Part shown: in pieces, positions 45,478-59,921 of the stretch
Layout of the letters: the number at the start of each line of letters is the position of its first letter
Numbering within the stretch: position 1 is the first letter of the stretch
DNA from: the human T2T-CHM13v2.0 reference genome, Homo sapiens
DNA length: 64,000 nucleotides
Assembly (NCBI RefSeq): GCF_009914755.1
Contig: NC_060932.1
Direction: 5' to 3' (one strand)
Notes under the pieces: model-generated
Database searches by the model: none
What the model was told of the DNA's origin: nothing
The model's input: the letters and a program-made list of their open reading frames with translations, nothing else
Translations under genes and position numbers: made by a program

Positions 45478-46378
45478 TTTAACAAGTCTTTGAAGTGATA
45501 TTTTCAAATTATAAGGTAATTCTGTTTCACTGCCATAATTTTTCCCTAAATTTTATTTAATATCTTGCAGGTCACAAACTTTAATATTTAAGAGGATTAT
45601 TAAACCACTAGCTTGAACAATCATATAAGTCTAGGAACCTTATTTTAGTGTTAGATGCCAATAATACTGCAAGTGTCAACCAAATATTTGTTGAATTGAA
45701 TTATAAAATAATTGATGTGTTCTTTCCCTTCTCACTTTAGATATAGCATGTCTGAAGGTCTGCAAGATGACAGAGTTGTAACCCATTCAATGATATTGTT
45801 GCCTAGTAAGCTGTGTGTGTGTTGTTTGAACTGATACTAAAAAGGTAGCTGATAATAAACCAAAAATTTTCTCAACCCTGGTGTTTATTTTTAAAAAATC
45901 TTCAATGATCAATATGAATGTAGTGTATTAAAATACAAGTAACTATCTTCCTACTTTGATTTAAGAGATCTCTATGAATTTATATAAAATTAGAAGTCAC
46001 TGATTTTTATAGGAAATAGCATGTAAAATAAATCTAAGTATTGCTTTATCACTTTATTTTATAGATGAGACAACTGAGATCCAAAAAGAACAGGTAATTT
46101 TTGTGATCAGGATTACACAATACACTTTTTTTTTTCCCTGAGTCATTTATTCAACAAGTTTGACCTCTACAACTCATTTGGCTAGGCAATGCACAGTCAA
46201 GCACAAAAGGAAAGTTGCACTGGAATAGCTCACAGTCTGGCTATTAGCAGCACAATCATAGTTTTCTGACGCCAGCTCTTACTCTTTTCTACTCTACCAC
46301 ACTGTTTCTTCTCTTCTCAATATCTATATTTAATTCCATATTGAAGCAAGAAAGAAACACAGCTTTTCTAAGACTATG

Positions 46379-46712
46379 CAGTCATGTGTCACTTAAGGAT
46401 GGGGATATGTTCTGAGATATGCATCGTCAGGCAATTTTGTCATTGTGTGATGGAGTGTGCTTACACAAGCTTAGATGGTAGAGCCTACCATGCTCCTAGG
46501 CTATATGGTAGAGCCTATTGTCCCTAGGCTACAAACCTGTACAGCATGCTACTGTACCGAATACTGTAGGCAACTGTAACACCATGGTAAGTACTTGTGT
46601 ATTTAAATATAGAAAAGTTAACAGTAAAAAATATAGTATTATTGTCTTATGGGATCGCTGTCATATGTGCAGTCTATTATTGACCAAAATGCCATTGTGT
46701 GGCATGTGAGCC
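46379..46712. mobile_element. Tigger3/MER7-type non-autonomous DNA transposon
   Basis: cagtcatgtgtcacttaaggatggggatatgttctgaga...cttatgggatcgctgtcatatgtgcagtctattattgaccaaaatgccattgtgtggcatgtga. Confidence 0.8.
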
Positions 46713-47779
46713 TTACAATATACAATTAACATATGAAATAATGATGATGAACATAAAGTAACAATACAAATACAAAAAAAAAACTAGATGACTGCTTATA
46801 AAGAGAAAAGTAATTTTATAATTTGTTTATATGACTCTCCAACACTAGATATTTTTAAATTGATATCACAACACACAAAAAAATTGAAATACTCTCTTGG
46901 TGCATAGTATTTGATTGAAAACAATCATTTTTGGATAAACTTTGAAGCGATTCTTGAGAACTTATTTCAAGAAAAGGCATGAAATTAGGGAGACTCCAAA
47001 GTGAAGAGTTTTCCAATAGGTGACTTCTCTGATTTTTCAAGAAAGCATTCTTCACTAACTGTATTTCTCCAGCATACTGGTTATTTAGGAATAACAAATT
47101 TCTGGACATAAACATGAGCTGTTTCTCTAAAGCCTTTCCTCCAATGCCCAGAAGAGCAGCACTGTGCTGCGTGACAATTTCAGGAGTCAGGAGTCAGGAG
47201 TCAGGACAGTCAGCCCCAGCTTCCTGGGGAAACCCACACTGGCTTTGGACCCGATTGCATTCTCTCCTGAGTGATTGGCTTCCCACATATATAAGCAGCA
47301 GATTGTTAAAGATCACTATTAACTTGTATAACTAATTTTCCTTATGTGAAATAATTCTGGTCAGGGAATATATAAACCCATTGGCCCTCTAAGGAGTAGA
47401 AGAAAAGAGAGAAGAAAGTATATTAACTTTTATGAGTACAGAATAATTCAAGTTCCTTAGCGAGTCACATTATGCATTAATAAAAGAGTTGACCTAATAA
47501 ATGTTACAAGGTACCATGATCTCTAGGTTCATGCCACCATTACCACATTCCTTACTACAATTATTGCTATTTTAGTCATTGGACCAGACAAAATGAAGCA
47601 TATAATTACTGATATAATATTTGCTAAGCAAAAATCTTGTTTAACGAAAAAAATCAATACCAAAACTAATTAATCAAAATATTAAGCAAATATTACCAGC
47701 ACAGTACTGACACAAAATTTTCTCTTGTGCTAGTAATTGAAGTATGTCATCTACCCTGTTATTAGAATTTCAGAAAATA

Positions 47780-48115
<336 letters not shown>

Positions 48116-49626
48116 TTATTATATTTCCATCTACCAAATTGTTGACCTTCTCCTCCTCTCCATTGCTTAATTTATATTAAAACGGATTTAATCAAATTAT
48201 TACTTAAGTACTACAAATGTTATCAGATGGAGATGTGGTTAAGCTAATTTAATTTACCTATTCTAGTGGCATTCTGGTATGGAGCTGTATCAAATCAACA
48301 CTTTTAATTATTTCACATTAATTCATCAAGAAGTTCCAAAACACTACTAAATGTGTTGAAAATATAGTTTGAGTTTCTATGATTGTAATCAAAATTCCTA
48401 TTTTGATCGCACACCAGTAGAACGCATCTTAACACCAGCATTGCCATTGTGAGTCTAGAAAATGAGCACTTTGTGTGTTGAGCGCTGTTGCATTCACTTA
48501 GCAATTAACCTTTGACCTGTGGTTTTCTGCTGAGCCCCTTGTGATTTTTTTTATTCTATTCAAATTGGGAGCAATAACACACCTTAACATAACCAAAAAA
48601 AGGAGACCTGTCAGCTAGTGAAAGAATTGTCATTTTATATCATTCTTTCAAAAAATTAAAATATTCAACTTCCCTTATTAACCTTTCTAATGCATTGTAC
48701 ATAAAAGAGGAAATGGATTTCTGAAATATATTTTGAAAGCCTGGGGTGAAACATTTTCCACGGTCTGAATCGGAAGCTTGGGGCTCTGTGGAAAGATGTA
48801 AATCCCTCCTGCTGTAAGAGGAGGGAAGGCAGCAGTGAGCTGTCACTCAGAAATACAGTCACCACTGTCACAAAGCTGCCTATTGCTGATGCTATCGATT
48901 CCCTTCTTTTTCTACAGAAACATCTTGGAGCTTGTCAAGCTTTACTGGAGGTGATTTGCAGTTAATTAATTCAACAGACACTTTAATCTTGCAAATTCTT
49001 GACTTGTAATATTGTAACCAAGCTCCTGCAAGGGAACATTAATCAGTTAGTGAAAAAGGAGCACTTCCGTTCAGCCGTAGTACCATGACGTGCACAGGCC
49101 TGAAGAGAAATACCTCTGTGAAGTGGAGCGCTAGTGAATTCCTGCTACCTGCTTCTTATGGCTCACGCTATGAATATTCACCTGCTTCATTTGTTTTTTC
49201 CAGTAAACGCTGTTTTGAAAAAAAAGAAAAATATTCCCGGGGGCTTGCATAGCTCAGAGAACGGAGTACTGGGTCGTGGAGACTTGCTTTAAATGGATTC
49301 AAATCCACATGTTTGGAAATGAAAATAATGCACTGTCATCTGTTGAATAATTGATCTGTCTGAGTACAGTTGCTGCTTTTATTTCATTTCTTGAGACTAC
49401 CATTGTCAGCATTGTAATAACCAATTTATAAAAATTGAGTTTTTATTCAGTTTCAGAGGTAAAATCTGCATGGGTGCAGCTACTGAATAATTTGATTCCT
49501 GCCTTCTTAGGTGGTGACATTAGCAGTTCCAAACCGAGATCCATTTCTATGTGGAATTGGCTATCCTGTTGCTTCTCAGGCCCTGCAAAACCTTGGTTAC
49601 GAGCTCAAAGATCACGAATCTGATAT

Positions 49627-49630
<4 letters not shown>

Positions 49631-49662
<32 letters not shown>

Positions 49663-49944
49663 AGACAGAGTCTCGCTCTGTCGCAGGGGCTGGAGTGCAG
49701 TGGCACAATCTCGGCTCACTGCAAGCTCTGCCTCCCAGGTTCACACCATCCTTCTGCCTCAGCCTTCTGAGTAGGTGGGACTACAGGCGCCTGTCACCAC
49801 GCCCGGCTAATTTTTTTGTATTTTTTAGTAGAGATGGGGTTTCACCGTGTTAGCCAGAATGGTCTCGATCTCCTGACCTCGTGATCTGCCCTCCTTGGCC
49901 TCCCAAAGTGCTGGGATTACAGGCGTGAGCCACCACACCCGGCC
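49631..49944 (-). mobile_element. Full-length AluY, antisense, in the 3' UTR
   Basis: Long poly-T, ctgcaagctctgcc and gtgttagccag.atggtctcgatctcc diagnostics. TSD c(t/c)gatattctt (49620-49630, 49945-49955). Confidence 0.96.
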
Positions 49945-50485
49945 CCGATATTCTTAATGACTAAATTTTCACATAGAGGTAAACAGATCATCTCTTAATT
50001 TAATACATGGTTCTTTCTCCCTTGCTTCTGGGTTTTGTTTTTTTTTTTTCAAAGAAAGATTTGAGCTACGAGATAAGAATGAAGTTACCAGAAGTTATCA
50101 GGTCATAGTTTCAGAGTATGCAAGAGAGTCGGGCCTTCATATGTTCTTGTAAAGTTTTCTGTCTAATCTTTTGGTATAACAATTTTAGGAGTTCACCCTA
50201 GATGAAAGAGTGGAAGTCATCAGATTTGTCAATAAGCAGTCTAGAGGAAAAATGAGAAGAGGAAGAAGCAGGGATTCTTTTTCTTGTGTTTTGAAGATGT
50301 TTCTCCTCCCAAAGCTATCACCTTGGTAGTTATCACCAAGATGTATAATAGCAAGCACTACTGAATGATCTTCCCAGTTATCAGCACTAGTATCACGGCG
50401 AGTCAGTTTTCAGAACTAGCTCTTGGCACAAGCCCTGAAATAAAATGGGGACAAAAAGTGGTCTACCACCACGTGACTTATTTTC

Positions 50486-50697
50486 TTTTTTTTTTTTTAA
50501 TTTTATTATTATTATACTTTAAGTTTTAGGGTACATGTGCACAACGTGCAGGTTTGTTACATATGTATACATGTGCCATGTTGGTGTGCTGTACCTATTA
50601 ACTCGTCATTTAGCATCAGGTATATCTCCTAATGCTATCCCTCCCCCCTCCCCCCACCCCACAACACTCCCCGGTGTGTGATGTTCCCCTTCCTGTG
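50486..50697 (-). mobile_element. Very short young L1PA 3' end (~210 bp)
   Basis: Canonical L1PA 3' UTR with G-rich tract. TSD cac(g/a)tgacttattttc (50470-50485, 50698-50713). Confidence 0.95.
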
Positions 50698-53479
50698 CAC
50701 ATGACTTATTTTCAATTGCCCAGCAATGAAAACTAACAAGTTAAAGAAAATGTTCATTTTCTGAACCCCAGAGCCCACATAGGTACAAAGATACTCTGTA
50801 ATGTACAATGAGGTGGCCAATCGTGGGAATATAGGAGCAATAAATAGTCCTCTTAAGCAAGGTTCATGGGTAAGAGTTACTCTAGCAGGATTGGGTGTTG
50901 GGTCAGAGGGTATCTATTAATGTAGAGGCCCAAGTATGGTGATGAAGAGAAAACCTGTCAGTGGCTCATCCATAGTATTTGCCTTTTCACAGAGCAGAGA
51001 AGTTCAAAATAGTCACAGCCAGTCCATAACTATAACAACAGACATGTCCACTTTGGAAAGGCTAGGGCCTGACGAAAGTGGGAAAACAGAGATGTCAGTG
51101 GTGTCATGTCTAAGAGTGACTCTGTCATTAGGGGAACCCACCCCCTGTGATAGTTCTCCTTGACCACTGGTCCCTATGGGCTCTGCAGGAGAGCTTCTCG
51201 TGGGTTCTAAGATAAGGTATTCCAAGGTATTGTAAGTTACCCTTGTTTGTAGAACATGAACCACTTAACCATCCCTCCTTTTAACAGCAATGAGATTCAG
51301 GGTTACCATGGCCTTACTCATCTTCCCATTGTAAATATATCACAATGTCACAAGAGCCTCTGTGTCCAAACACACTAAACTGGGTTTACAAGCATTAGAA
51401 TCTTTCACTCATATTGTGAATCTCAATTCTGCCAGTCACCTAGTCCGTGTATCTGTTCCCAAACTGGAAAAAATAATTCTTGAGAGAATAATTTTCAGAA
51501 TAATGGAGGTGGAAAGAAATGAACAGTTAAGCAATTTTTCAACATAGACAAAACCACTGGACCATTGATAGCCCTCAAGCTCTGATTCTTCCTCCTGACT
51601 AAGTTTCTTTTCTTTGGGGGGCTTTCAACATCTGAATTTTCCAGATGATTGCTGAACCATCGTCACTAAACCAAAGTAGACAAGGAGTTATTAAAAAATA
51701 AAGACTGTCCACATGACTGCAAATATCCTGATGAAAAGTGGCCAAGTAGATCACTCAAGTGGTAAATTTGGTCTTCATGATATCAAACATACGGATATTT
51801 GGAAAAGTCGAGATGTTTGAATCATACAGTTTTCCGTCTGGGTGTCTGGTGTTTCTGGATAGACAGAGACTGCTCAGGTGTTGTAAGTAATGGAATTGAA
51901 CTTTCTTGCGCCGTAAGCAATTGCTGGTCATATTCTGCTGCTAAAAGTCTCTTTGTTGTGCCAAGAGAAATAATGCAGAACAAATGTTATTTAATTTTTA
52001 TTTACTTTCAGCAAACACATGAATGAAAGAGGTCAGGTAGGCTGTCCTGGGCATTCTGGGCCTGGCTGCGGCACACCCTCCTTCACTTGGCCCCTGCCAG
52101 GCAAGAAACTTTCTATTCAGTCTTTGCTATCTTTCATAAATTGTATCATTGCTCTTCTGCTGTTCATATCATCTTAGTTATTCACAAAGTCTACTTGATA
52201 AAATGGCTCAAGGGAAATACAAGTTTGTTAAGTTTTTATTCTTCAAATAGAAGTTTTAATTTTAAGCATTCCTTATGATATTTTTTAAGCCTAAAAACCA
52301 TTCAAATTGCTTGACAAAATTATTTCATGGTGAATTTTATAAGGTTGATAGAAGTAAAAGCTATTTTTCCCAAAACAAACAAAATACCATACATAGTTTT
52401 TTGGGTTTGGTTTGTTGATGTCATGCCAATTTCCAAGCACCAACTGGTTACCACAAACATGGGAATATTTAGTGATATCTTTGTAGTCATCGTTAAAATT
52501 CCTGGGAAAAAAAGAAAAAGTTTACGTCAAAGGAAAATTCACCTCCCACAAGGAAAGTCTGAGATGTTCATCCTGACATTTGCGTTCCTGATTATTTGTG
52601 GACATTTCTTCATTGTGACAGTAGGAAGCTGAGCTTGTTTCTCCTAATTTGACACTGGGTTGGTGAGCATTGTCTCAAATTTTGTGCTTGCCTCATTTAT
52701 GGTCCTGAAGCTTAGCAGAAAAACAGACAAGCTATTCAGACCAGTTTTCTTTAAGAGCACTTATGTTGCAGAACATGATACAAATGATTCACCGTGAGCA
52801 GGCACACAGAGTACTGAAAGGTATTCAACTATGCAAAGATATTGAGGGGATTTCCAGAGAAAACTTAAATGTTTTGAAGATTTGTAGGTAGGGTTTTGAT
52901 TGTGTCACATTCTACACTCAGTGCCAAGTTAGAATGTCTTTATGGGGAAGGCAATAAAGTTACTTGTTGGGTCCTTCCTTCCCTTACAAACAGAATGTTT
53001 TTATGAAATCAAATGGATCCTCCACTTTGTGTAGTAAGGACCCCCCAGGCCCCACAACATCATCACTGTGAGTCCTATCGCAGATGTGTGTACCAGCCCA
53101 ATTCAGTTTTGCTTTTCTTTTTCCCTAAGATTTTTACTTCACCAAATCCCATTTCAAATCTTTTTACCTTCATGTTACCAACAGGATGTTTAGTTGAATC
53201 AGCAACAAAGACGTGACAACCTATTGTCCTCCACAAAAGCATGAGTCATTTTATTCAGTGATCTTTGGTAGTACGATAATCAATGGAATTTATGGTGTCG
53301 TAGAAAACCAAAAATCCATGTTGAATATAGTGACTGTCTTAAATATACTTAAATATGTTATTCTACAAAACAATATCCTTTTACACTATGGGATGGATTC
53401 CTTTCTGGATGCAGGGATGGGAGGGTCTATGGGTCAGTGACTGGGACAAAGGAACTGGGAATCTCTGCACAACTGAGCC

Positions 53480-53622
53480 CTAATCCCTGGTCCATCTCTC
53501 CAGCCTCAGAAACTCACCCTCAGCCTCATTTTCCCCATATGCAAAAGAGAGATATTTATTTACCTACCTCATAGGGGTGTTGTGGAGATTAGCTAGATTT
53601 GCTAAAGTGCTTGTAGGTTAGA
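53480..53622 (+). mobile_element. MIR in the 3' UTR
   Basis: gcctcattttccccatatgcaaaa...tacctacctcataggggtgttgtggagattagctaga. Confidence 0.75.
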
Positions 53623-56600
53623 AAGTGCTGTCATTCCTGAGAACTGGCATTAACAGAAGAGAGCTGTGTGCAGCACGGAGGAAGTGGAGTCTAAGGAATA
53701 CAACAGCAACAACTCACCAAGCAGAGAATACAATGGTTCTTCATCACTATATAAAACTAACACTTTTCCTTCAAAGGTCTATGTATAATTTTCTTCAATG
53801 ATTAGCTTTTTAATGAGACAACTCCTTTCATCCAGACATTCAGATGCTTTATATAAGTTGGCAATTTTCCTGTTAACCAAACTGAATTTTATTAAATGTT
53901 TATTAAAATGCACCCAGAAAACTTGTCTCCTCCTGATGCCTGAGGGGTTTGCATGCCTGATCCCAAGCTGCATTTTTTCAGAATGCGTGCATGATGCCCC
54001 AGTTCTGTACTCATGATCACCAGGTGGCGTTCTGAAATCCACTACTGGGGAAAGATTTTTAACAGATATTAGTGAGATTAGAGTTGGTGTCATTTCCATT
54101 GAGTATCCTCTTCACCCCTAAGATGACACATCTTTACAACACAATAAAAGAACGTAAAGCCTTATTTCCACCTGTAACTCCTGAATTGATTCATTTTCAC
54201 GTTATAACTACATTTCAAATATTTCGGAGAAGTTTTTACACAGGGCTTCAGCTATATACTGATATACATATGCTTACATGTGCTTAGGTGGGAATTCTAC
54301 TAAAGGATAAAGGACACAGTGTGAAAACAACATCAGAGAATATCCTGTACAACTTCCCCAAAAGTGACAAGTTTTCTTGTACTTAAAAATTTAATCCTGA
54401 TAAGAACTAATGTGAAATAACATCATTTTGGTTTATAAATATTTGTAATTTTTGAGACATAGAGGCAATATCATGATATAGGAATACATTCATAAAACTA
54501 GACTAGCAAAGCAGATAATGTTTTCATGATATGGCTTCATGAGGCAAAGTTGTTGTACATCAATATTATCATTGTGCCCTTATTTAAGGATTATATTCCA
54601 TTGTGAAAAAAATGTGCACACTCTTAAAAACACAAAATGGGTTTCAGAAAGTTTACCTTGAGAAGTGGGTTTGAAATCATCTTGTGCTTGGAGCTGACAT
54701 AAGATACGCACTCAATATAATCTCTTCTGGATTCTAAAATCTAATTGGCAGTGATATTTCAAAGCCTTAACATTTCAAGGTGGTTAATTAATATCTAATG
54801 CATGGTATTAAACTTTCTGAAGCATGAATTTAACCTAGGCAATTATCTGATTCATTTTTTTTAAAGTTTGTGCTGCCAAACCAGACTGAAGTATTGTTTT
54901 TCTGGACTAATACTATGAGAATAGTAAGTGAGTCAAAAAATAATTGGGACTGTCCTTTTTCCCCTGCCCACTTCCTAGTATCAATACTCCCCCAACCAGA
55001 AATGCAGCAGAATATCCTTTTTGCTATAAAGGAAAATACTGTGTTTTTATTTGTTTTTGCAGAAGAAAACTGGTGTTGCCTATTTGGACTAGATGTAGGG
55101 GCCTGGAAGAAGGAAGTGGCAGATTCACAGGTGGGGTGACCAGGATGGGAGGAAAATAGTGGGGCGAGTATGTCATGGGGAGATTTTGCCACAAAGATAC
55201 AAAACAGAATTGAAGTGTGTTAGAGCTGGACAACCCTTTGAAATGACAGAGTCTAGATTCTTCACCAAACAGATGAAAAGACAAGTAGAGACAACATGTA
55301 CTTGAGATATAAGCTATACATCTCATCACTGGAAGAAAGGAGACTTCAGCCTCTTTTCAAGGCTTTCCAGACCACATGGAACTCTCCAGAGCCCTCCTTG
55401 AAAGTTTTTAGAAAAACTACCATTTTCAGCAAAGATTCATGTGATTATGCTGCTGAGGACCAGTCATTCTGTAAACATCACATATGTGATGCTTTGTAAA
55501 TGTATTAATTGTGGTCAATTTTCATGGATATTTCCCATTAACATTGTATTCCATGAACAAGTGATAGAAAACATATGGAAATTCTCTTTTGATCAAAAGG
55601 AGTGTCTCCCAATTAGTTTACGTGTGTTAGTATTGCTGACATATTATTATCATCACAAAATTCCTTTTATATCTAGATGGTATCAAATAAGAAAAAAATG
55701 CATCATTTGGTCAATTGCTTATTGAAGATCCCAGCTGAAGCCTTTCTTTGGTAAAGAGCGCAGAAAGAGACCATAGCTATTCTTGGATGAGAACCTTGCC
55801 TCTACTAAATAGTTTCTGCTTTTCCTCTCTGTAGCCAGACAGCTCAATAGCCTAGGGAGAGTCGATGAAGGATATGCAAATTACATTTTTCCCATTCTCA
55901 GAACAAAGACAGCAACCAATGAGCCAGAGGTTTCTTCTCTCTTTGAAACCAAATAGCACGCTGAATTTAGGGCTATGACAAAAATGTTGTTAAAGCAAGA
56001 GCAAAATCATCCTTCCTATGGATTCTTTTCTCAGTGTTTACTTAATTCTTTTTGCAGTTTGGATTGGAGTTTCTAGTAATGATAATTAATGCCATTTTAC
56101 ATGATAGCTTCAATGCAGAAATGGTGTGAGCCTGAGTTACAAATGACATGACTAGGGATACAAACTTCGTCTGTACTAACATCCTACCAAGCAGATTGGA
56201 AACAAATACTACTACCACTAATATTCTGATGTAATTAATAACATCTAATAGAAAAATAGAAACATCGTGCTTAGCATGAAACCATTGCACAATATAAACC
56301 TGCTCCCAAATGGCAAGGATTTTTGCTACCAATATTTGTTCTTAATTCTCCAGTTATTTTAAGTAAATAAGTTTCACATCTAACTACCTCAGCTACTGTT
56401 GTTTTATTTAGAAACATGAAACCATGCACTTTGTAATCAATAAGTCTTTTGTTTAACATTTCAAAAGGATATTTGGTGCAAAGCAATTTTCAAAAATTTG
56501 TACATGATATACACCACCCAACCTCAGGAGGTTGTACTTAATTTTGTTTGTTTGTTTCTAAGGTTGGTTTTGGGTAAAATCCTCATTTCCACTCAACATC

Positions 56601-57392
56601 AAGATAAGCTGCTCTATATTTGCTTAATTTGCCTTAAACATTTTGTGCTCCTTTCCCTGTTCAATTTTTTTGTTTTGTTTTAAATCTATCTCTGAAAAAA
56701 AAATGGAACAGGTGGCAGGTGAACAGCAAATGGAAGAGAATGGACCAGTAATTTCTCAGTCCCCTGTTGTCAACTATCTGCATGACATTCTGATTGTGCA
56801 AAAATGCCATTCCTGTGCTTCCCCCTCCATTACAGAATAAGGTCCGAGAGACCCCACGAGTGTGCGTAGGGAACGGTGTAGACATTTCCCCCAGTATGAG
56901 CACAGTGCCTGGACCTGAATGATCATCTTGGCAGTTCTTGTGCTTTTACTTTGTAAACATTGTACAAATGTATTTGGAATTTTATTTGAAATGGAGACTT
57001 AAACTAGTTATTAAATTTGTTTCCTTCCTGTAAATATATATATTCAAATTCCATGTATCCAAACATCCCTTTAGCGTTCAGATTGTAAGTGTGTCTTTAT
57101 TCGCGGGAGGCCACTGTCAGCAGGCAGTGACCCCCAGTGCCCTAGTTTGAAGCACAGTGTGTGGAGTATTTGATGTACTACAGTACCATAGCTATTTTGG
57201 TCTGTTAAGTAAGTTGCAATTTGTGATGAAATGAAGTGGAAAGTAGTACTTCATAATGAACAAATTTCCTTGGTTACATGGTTTTTCTTGTAAAACTTAA
57301 AGAAAAAAAAAGAAAACTTGAAATTTTATATATTTGGATTTTGTAGTTTTTTTTTTTTTTATTTAATGCAACACAAGGTACCAAAATCATTA

Positions 57393-57445
57393 AATAAAGT
57401 ACACTGTGGTCATTTTAACAGAAGTCTGTGTTCCTGATTCTGTCT
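57393..57445 (+). terminator. XKR4: Distal poly(A) signal region
   Basis: AATAAA at 57393-57398, several upstream TGTA motifs and a U-tract (57347-57360), CA at about 57419-57420, and GU-rich gtctgtgttcctgattctgtct downstream. Repeat density rises just after. Confidence 0.7.
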
Positions 57446-57774
57446 AAGTCTAGGAAGAGGGCAGGACACCATAGGTGTTGGATGGGAAGGGAAAGGAGGC
57501 GGCCATGTACACAGGCATGTTCCCAAGGCAACACGATGTAAGTCTGAAATAAGCAAAGCTGAGTTCTGTCAAATTTAAAATACATTAAAAATTAAGTTAT
57601 ATCTCTTTTTAGTAGATGTTTTATTTATTTATTTTATTTCTGAGAAGTCCTAAAGGGTATTCCTCTAGAGCTACTATAAAAGCAAAGAGATTTTCAGATC
57701 ACAAAGGAGCTTAAAAATCCAAATAAATTGTTCAATTATTAATGAACAGAAAAAGTGTCAATGGACAAAAGTAC

Positions 57775-58072
57775 TTTTTTTTTTTTTTTTTTGAGACAGG
57801 GTCTTGTTCTGTCACGCAGTCTGGAGTACAGTGGCACCACCATAACTTGCTACAGCCACAAACTCCTGGGCTCAAGTGATCCTCCCACCTCAGCCTCTTG
57901 AGCAGCTGGGACTACAGGTACACACCACCACATCTGGCTAACTTTTTATTTTTGTAGGCACAGGGACTTGTTATGTTGCCAGGGCTGATCTCAAACTCCT
58001 GGCCTCAAGAGATTCTCCCACTCTGGCCTTCAAATGTGCTGGGATTACAGGCGTGAGCCACTGCACCTGGCT
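57775..58072 (-). mobile_element. AluJ
   Basis: Full antisense Alu. TSD caaaagtacttttt (57766-57779, 58073-58086). Confidence 0.93.
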
Positions 58073-58729
58073 CAAAAGTACTTTTTAAAAAGATTATGTG
58101 TCTAAATGTTTGCCTTTTCTAAAAATCAGTGCTATATGTTATGTAATTGTTTTTCTTAAAATATTATATTTTCATTTTAAAGAGTTTTTCTATTTTCTAT
58201 GCAGTTGGTAAGCATTCTACTGGTTTATAAAAGCCTTCTTTCATAAAATGTTAAATAATAACTGTACCATAAGAACTGACTATATATGTAGAGACTTCTA
58301 TGGATAACAACTATTAATAGAAACAGATAAGGAAATGATCAGAAGAAACAAAGAAATGAAAAAAAGTCAATCATTCACTCATTATTTTTTACAGTCAATT
58401 ATTAAGGTCTCCTTTTTTCCTGATTATAATAGTAACACGTTAAATGCACAAACACTAGAAACTCACCATTGCAATGCACTTCTAGTCTTTTTTGAAAGCA
58501 TTTGTATTTTTATTCTATTAATTTAATTAACTTTTTAAAAAATCACAGCTATGTGCCATGCATGGTATTAGTATTGTAAATATGAATAAAACACATTTTC
58601 TTCTTAAAGTATACAGTCTAGTGCGGAAGCAGTTCAGATACACTAATTATGGTGTTATTTGGTGATGCAAAAGTAGAGACATTCATAGATTATGATGAGC
58701 GCATCTGACATAGTCTGCAAGGGGTCAGG

Positions 58730-58905
58730 GTGGAAGAGGGAGCCACACCAAGAAAGGAGCCTGGCCCCAAACCAGAGGATGGAGCAGAGTCCCCACCCCA
58801 CCCTCACTGAACCAAAATGGACATGAACAAAATATAAACTTCTACTGGGTTGAGCCACTGATGTTTGGGGTTGTTTGTTATAGCAGTTAGGCTTTTATAA
58901 CTTTT
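58730..58905 (+). mobile_element. MLT1 (MaLR) LTR 3' fragment
   Basis: ataaacttctactgggttgagccactgatgtttggggttgtttgttatagcag matches an MLT1 3' end. Confidence 0.65.
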
Positions 58906-59250
58906 ACAGAGCACTCCATGGACCAGAGAAATATAAAGAACTCAAATTGGAATATGATTAGCTCAATTCTCTCTACCTGAGGTCCAAAAACAAAAAGAAA
59001 AAAGAAATGGCTATGCATTTTTCATGTTCTCTACAGTGAGTAGATATTGTGATTGTAATCTGAAAACAAATAAAATTTATGTTTAAGGGTAATTTTAAAA
59101 AAAAAAAGCATACCAAAATCCTGAATTTGAAAACTTAATTTAGTAAGGAATGCAATTTGCCCCTAATAAATCTAGAAACATGATAAAGTTCCAAGCAAAT
59201 CCACAAAGGTCTTTTATAAAGCTTTGCAGAATGGTTTTAAACTTTATATG

Positions 59251-59537
59251 GGACCAGGCACAGTGGACCATGCCAGTAATTCCAGCATTTTGAAAGGCCA
59301 AAGAGAGAGAATCTCTTGAGGCCAGGAGTTTAAGACCAGCCTGGGCATCATAATGATACCCTGACACTACAAAATAAAAAATTTTTTTAAAACTTAGCCA
59401 GGCATGGTGGCATGCCCTCTAGTCCCAGCTACTCAGAAGGCTGAGGTGAGAGATCACTGAGGCTCAGGAGATCAAGGCTACAGTGATCTGTTATGGTGCC
59501 ACTGCATTCCAGCCTAGGTGACAAAGAGAGAGACCAC
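59251..59537 (+). mobile_element. AluJ
   Basis: Diverged dimeric Alu from ggaccaggcacagtgg to gagagacc. Confidence 0.88.
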
Positions 59538-59781
59538 TTGCCCTCCCAACTGTTTTAAGTAATAGTAACCACAAGAGTGTGCTACCAGCACAGGAATGTA
59601 TAAATCAATAACCCCCCCCCCCAAAAAAAAGCCCAGAAATAGAGTCTACACATATTAAACAAGTGAATTTAGTATATGATAATTTAAAATCAGTGAAAAA
59701 ATAATGGCCTCTTCATTAGAAGGTCTTGGGATAACAGACTCACCACTAAGAACATCTTCTTACCCAAAAATAAGATCCTAT

Positions 59782-59912
59782 GAGCTGAGTGCAGTGGATC
59801 ATGCCTGTAGTCTCAGCTACTCAGGAGGAGGCTCAGGCAGGAGTACCCCCTAAGCACAGGAGTTCAAGGACAGCCTGGGCAACATAGTGAGACCCAGTCT
59901 CTAAAAACAAAC
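59782..59912 (+). mobile_element. Alu monomer (FLAM)
   Basis: gctgagtgcagtggatcatgcctgtagtctcagctactcagg...agcctgggcaacatagtgagacccagtctct followed by an A-rich tail. Confidence 0.85.
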
Positions 59913-59921
59913 AAAAACAAG

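Noticed and set aside
47181-47213. (CAGGAGT)x3 short tandem repeat
   Set aside because: Ordinary slippage-type repeat with no supporting context.
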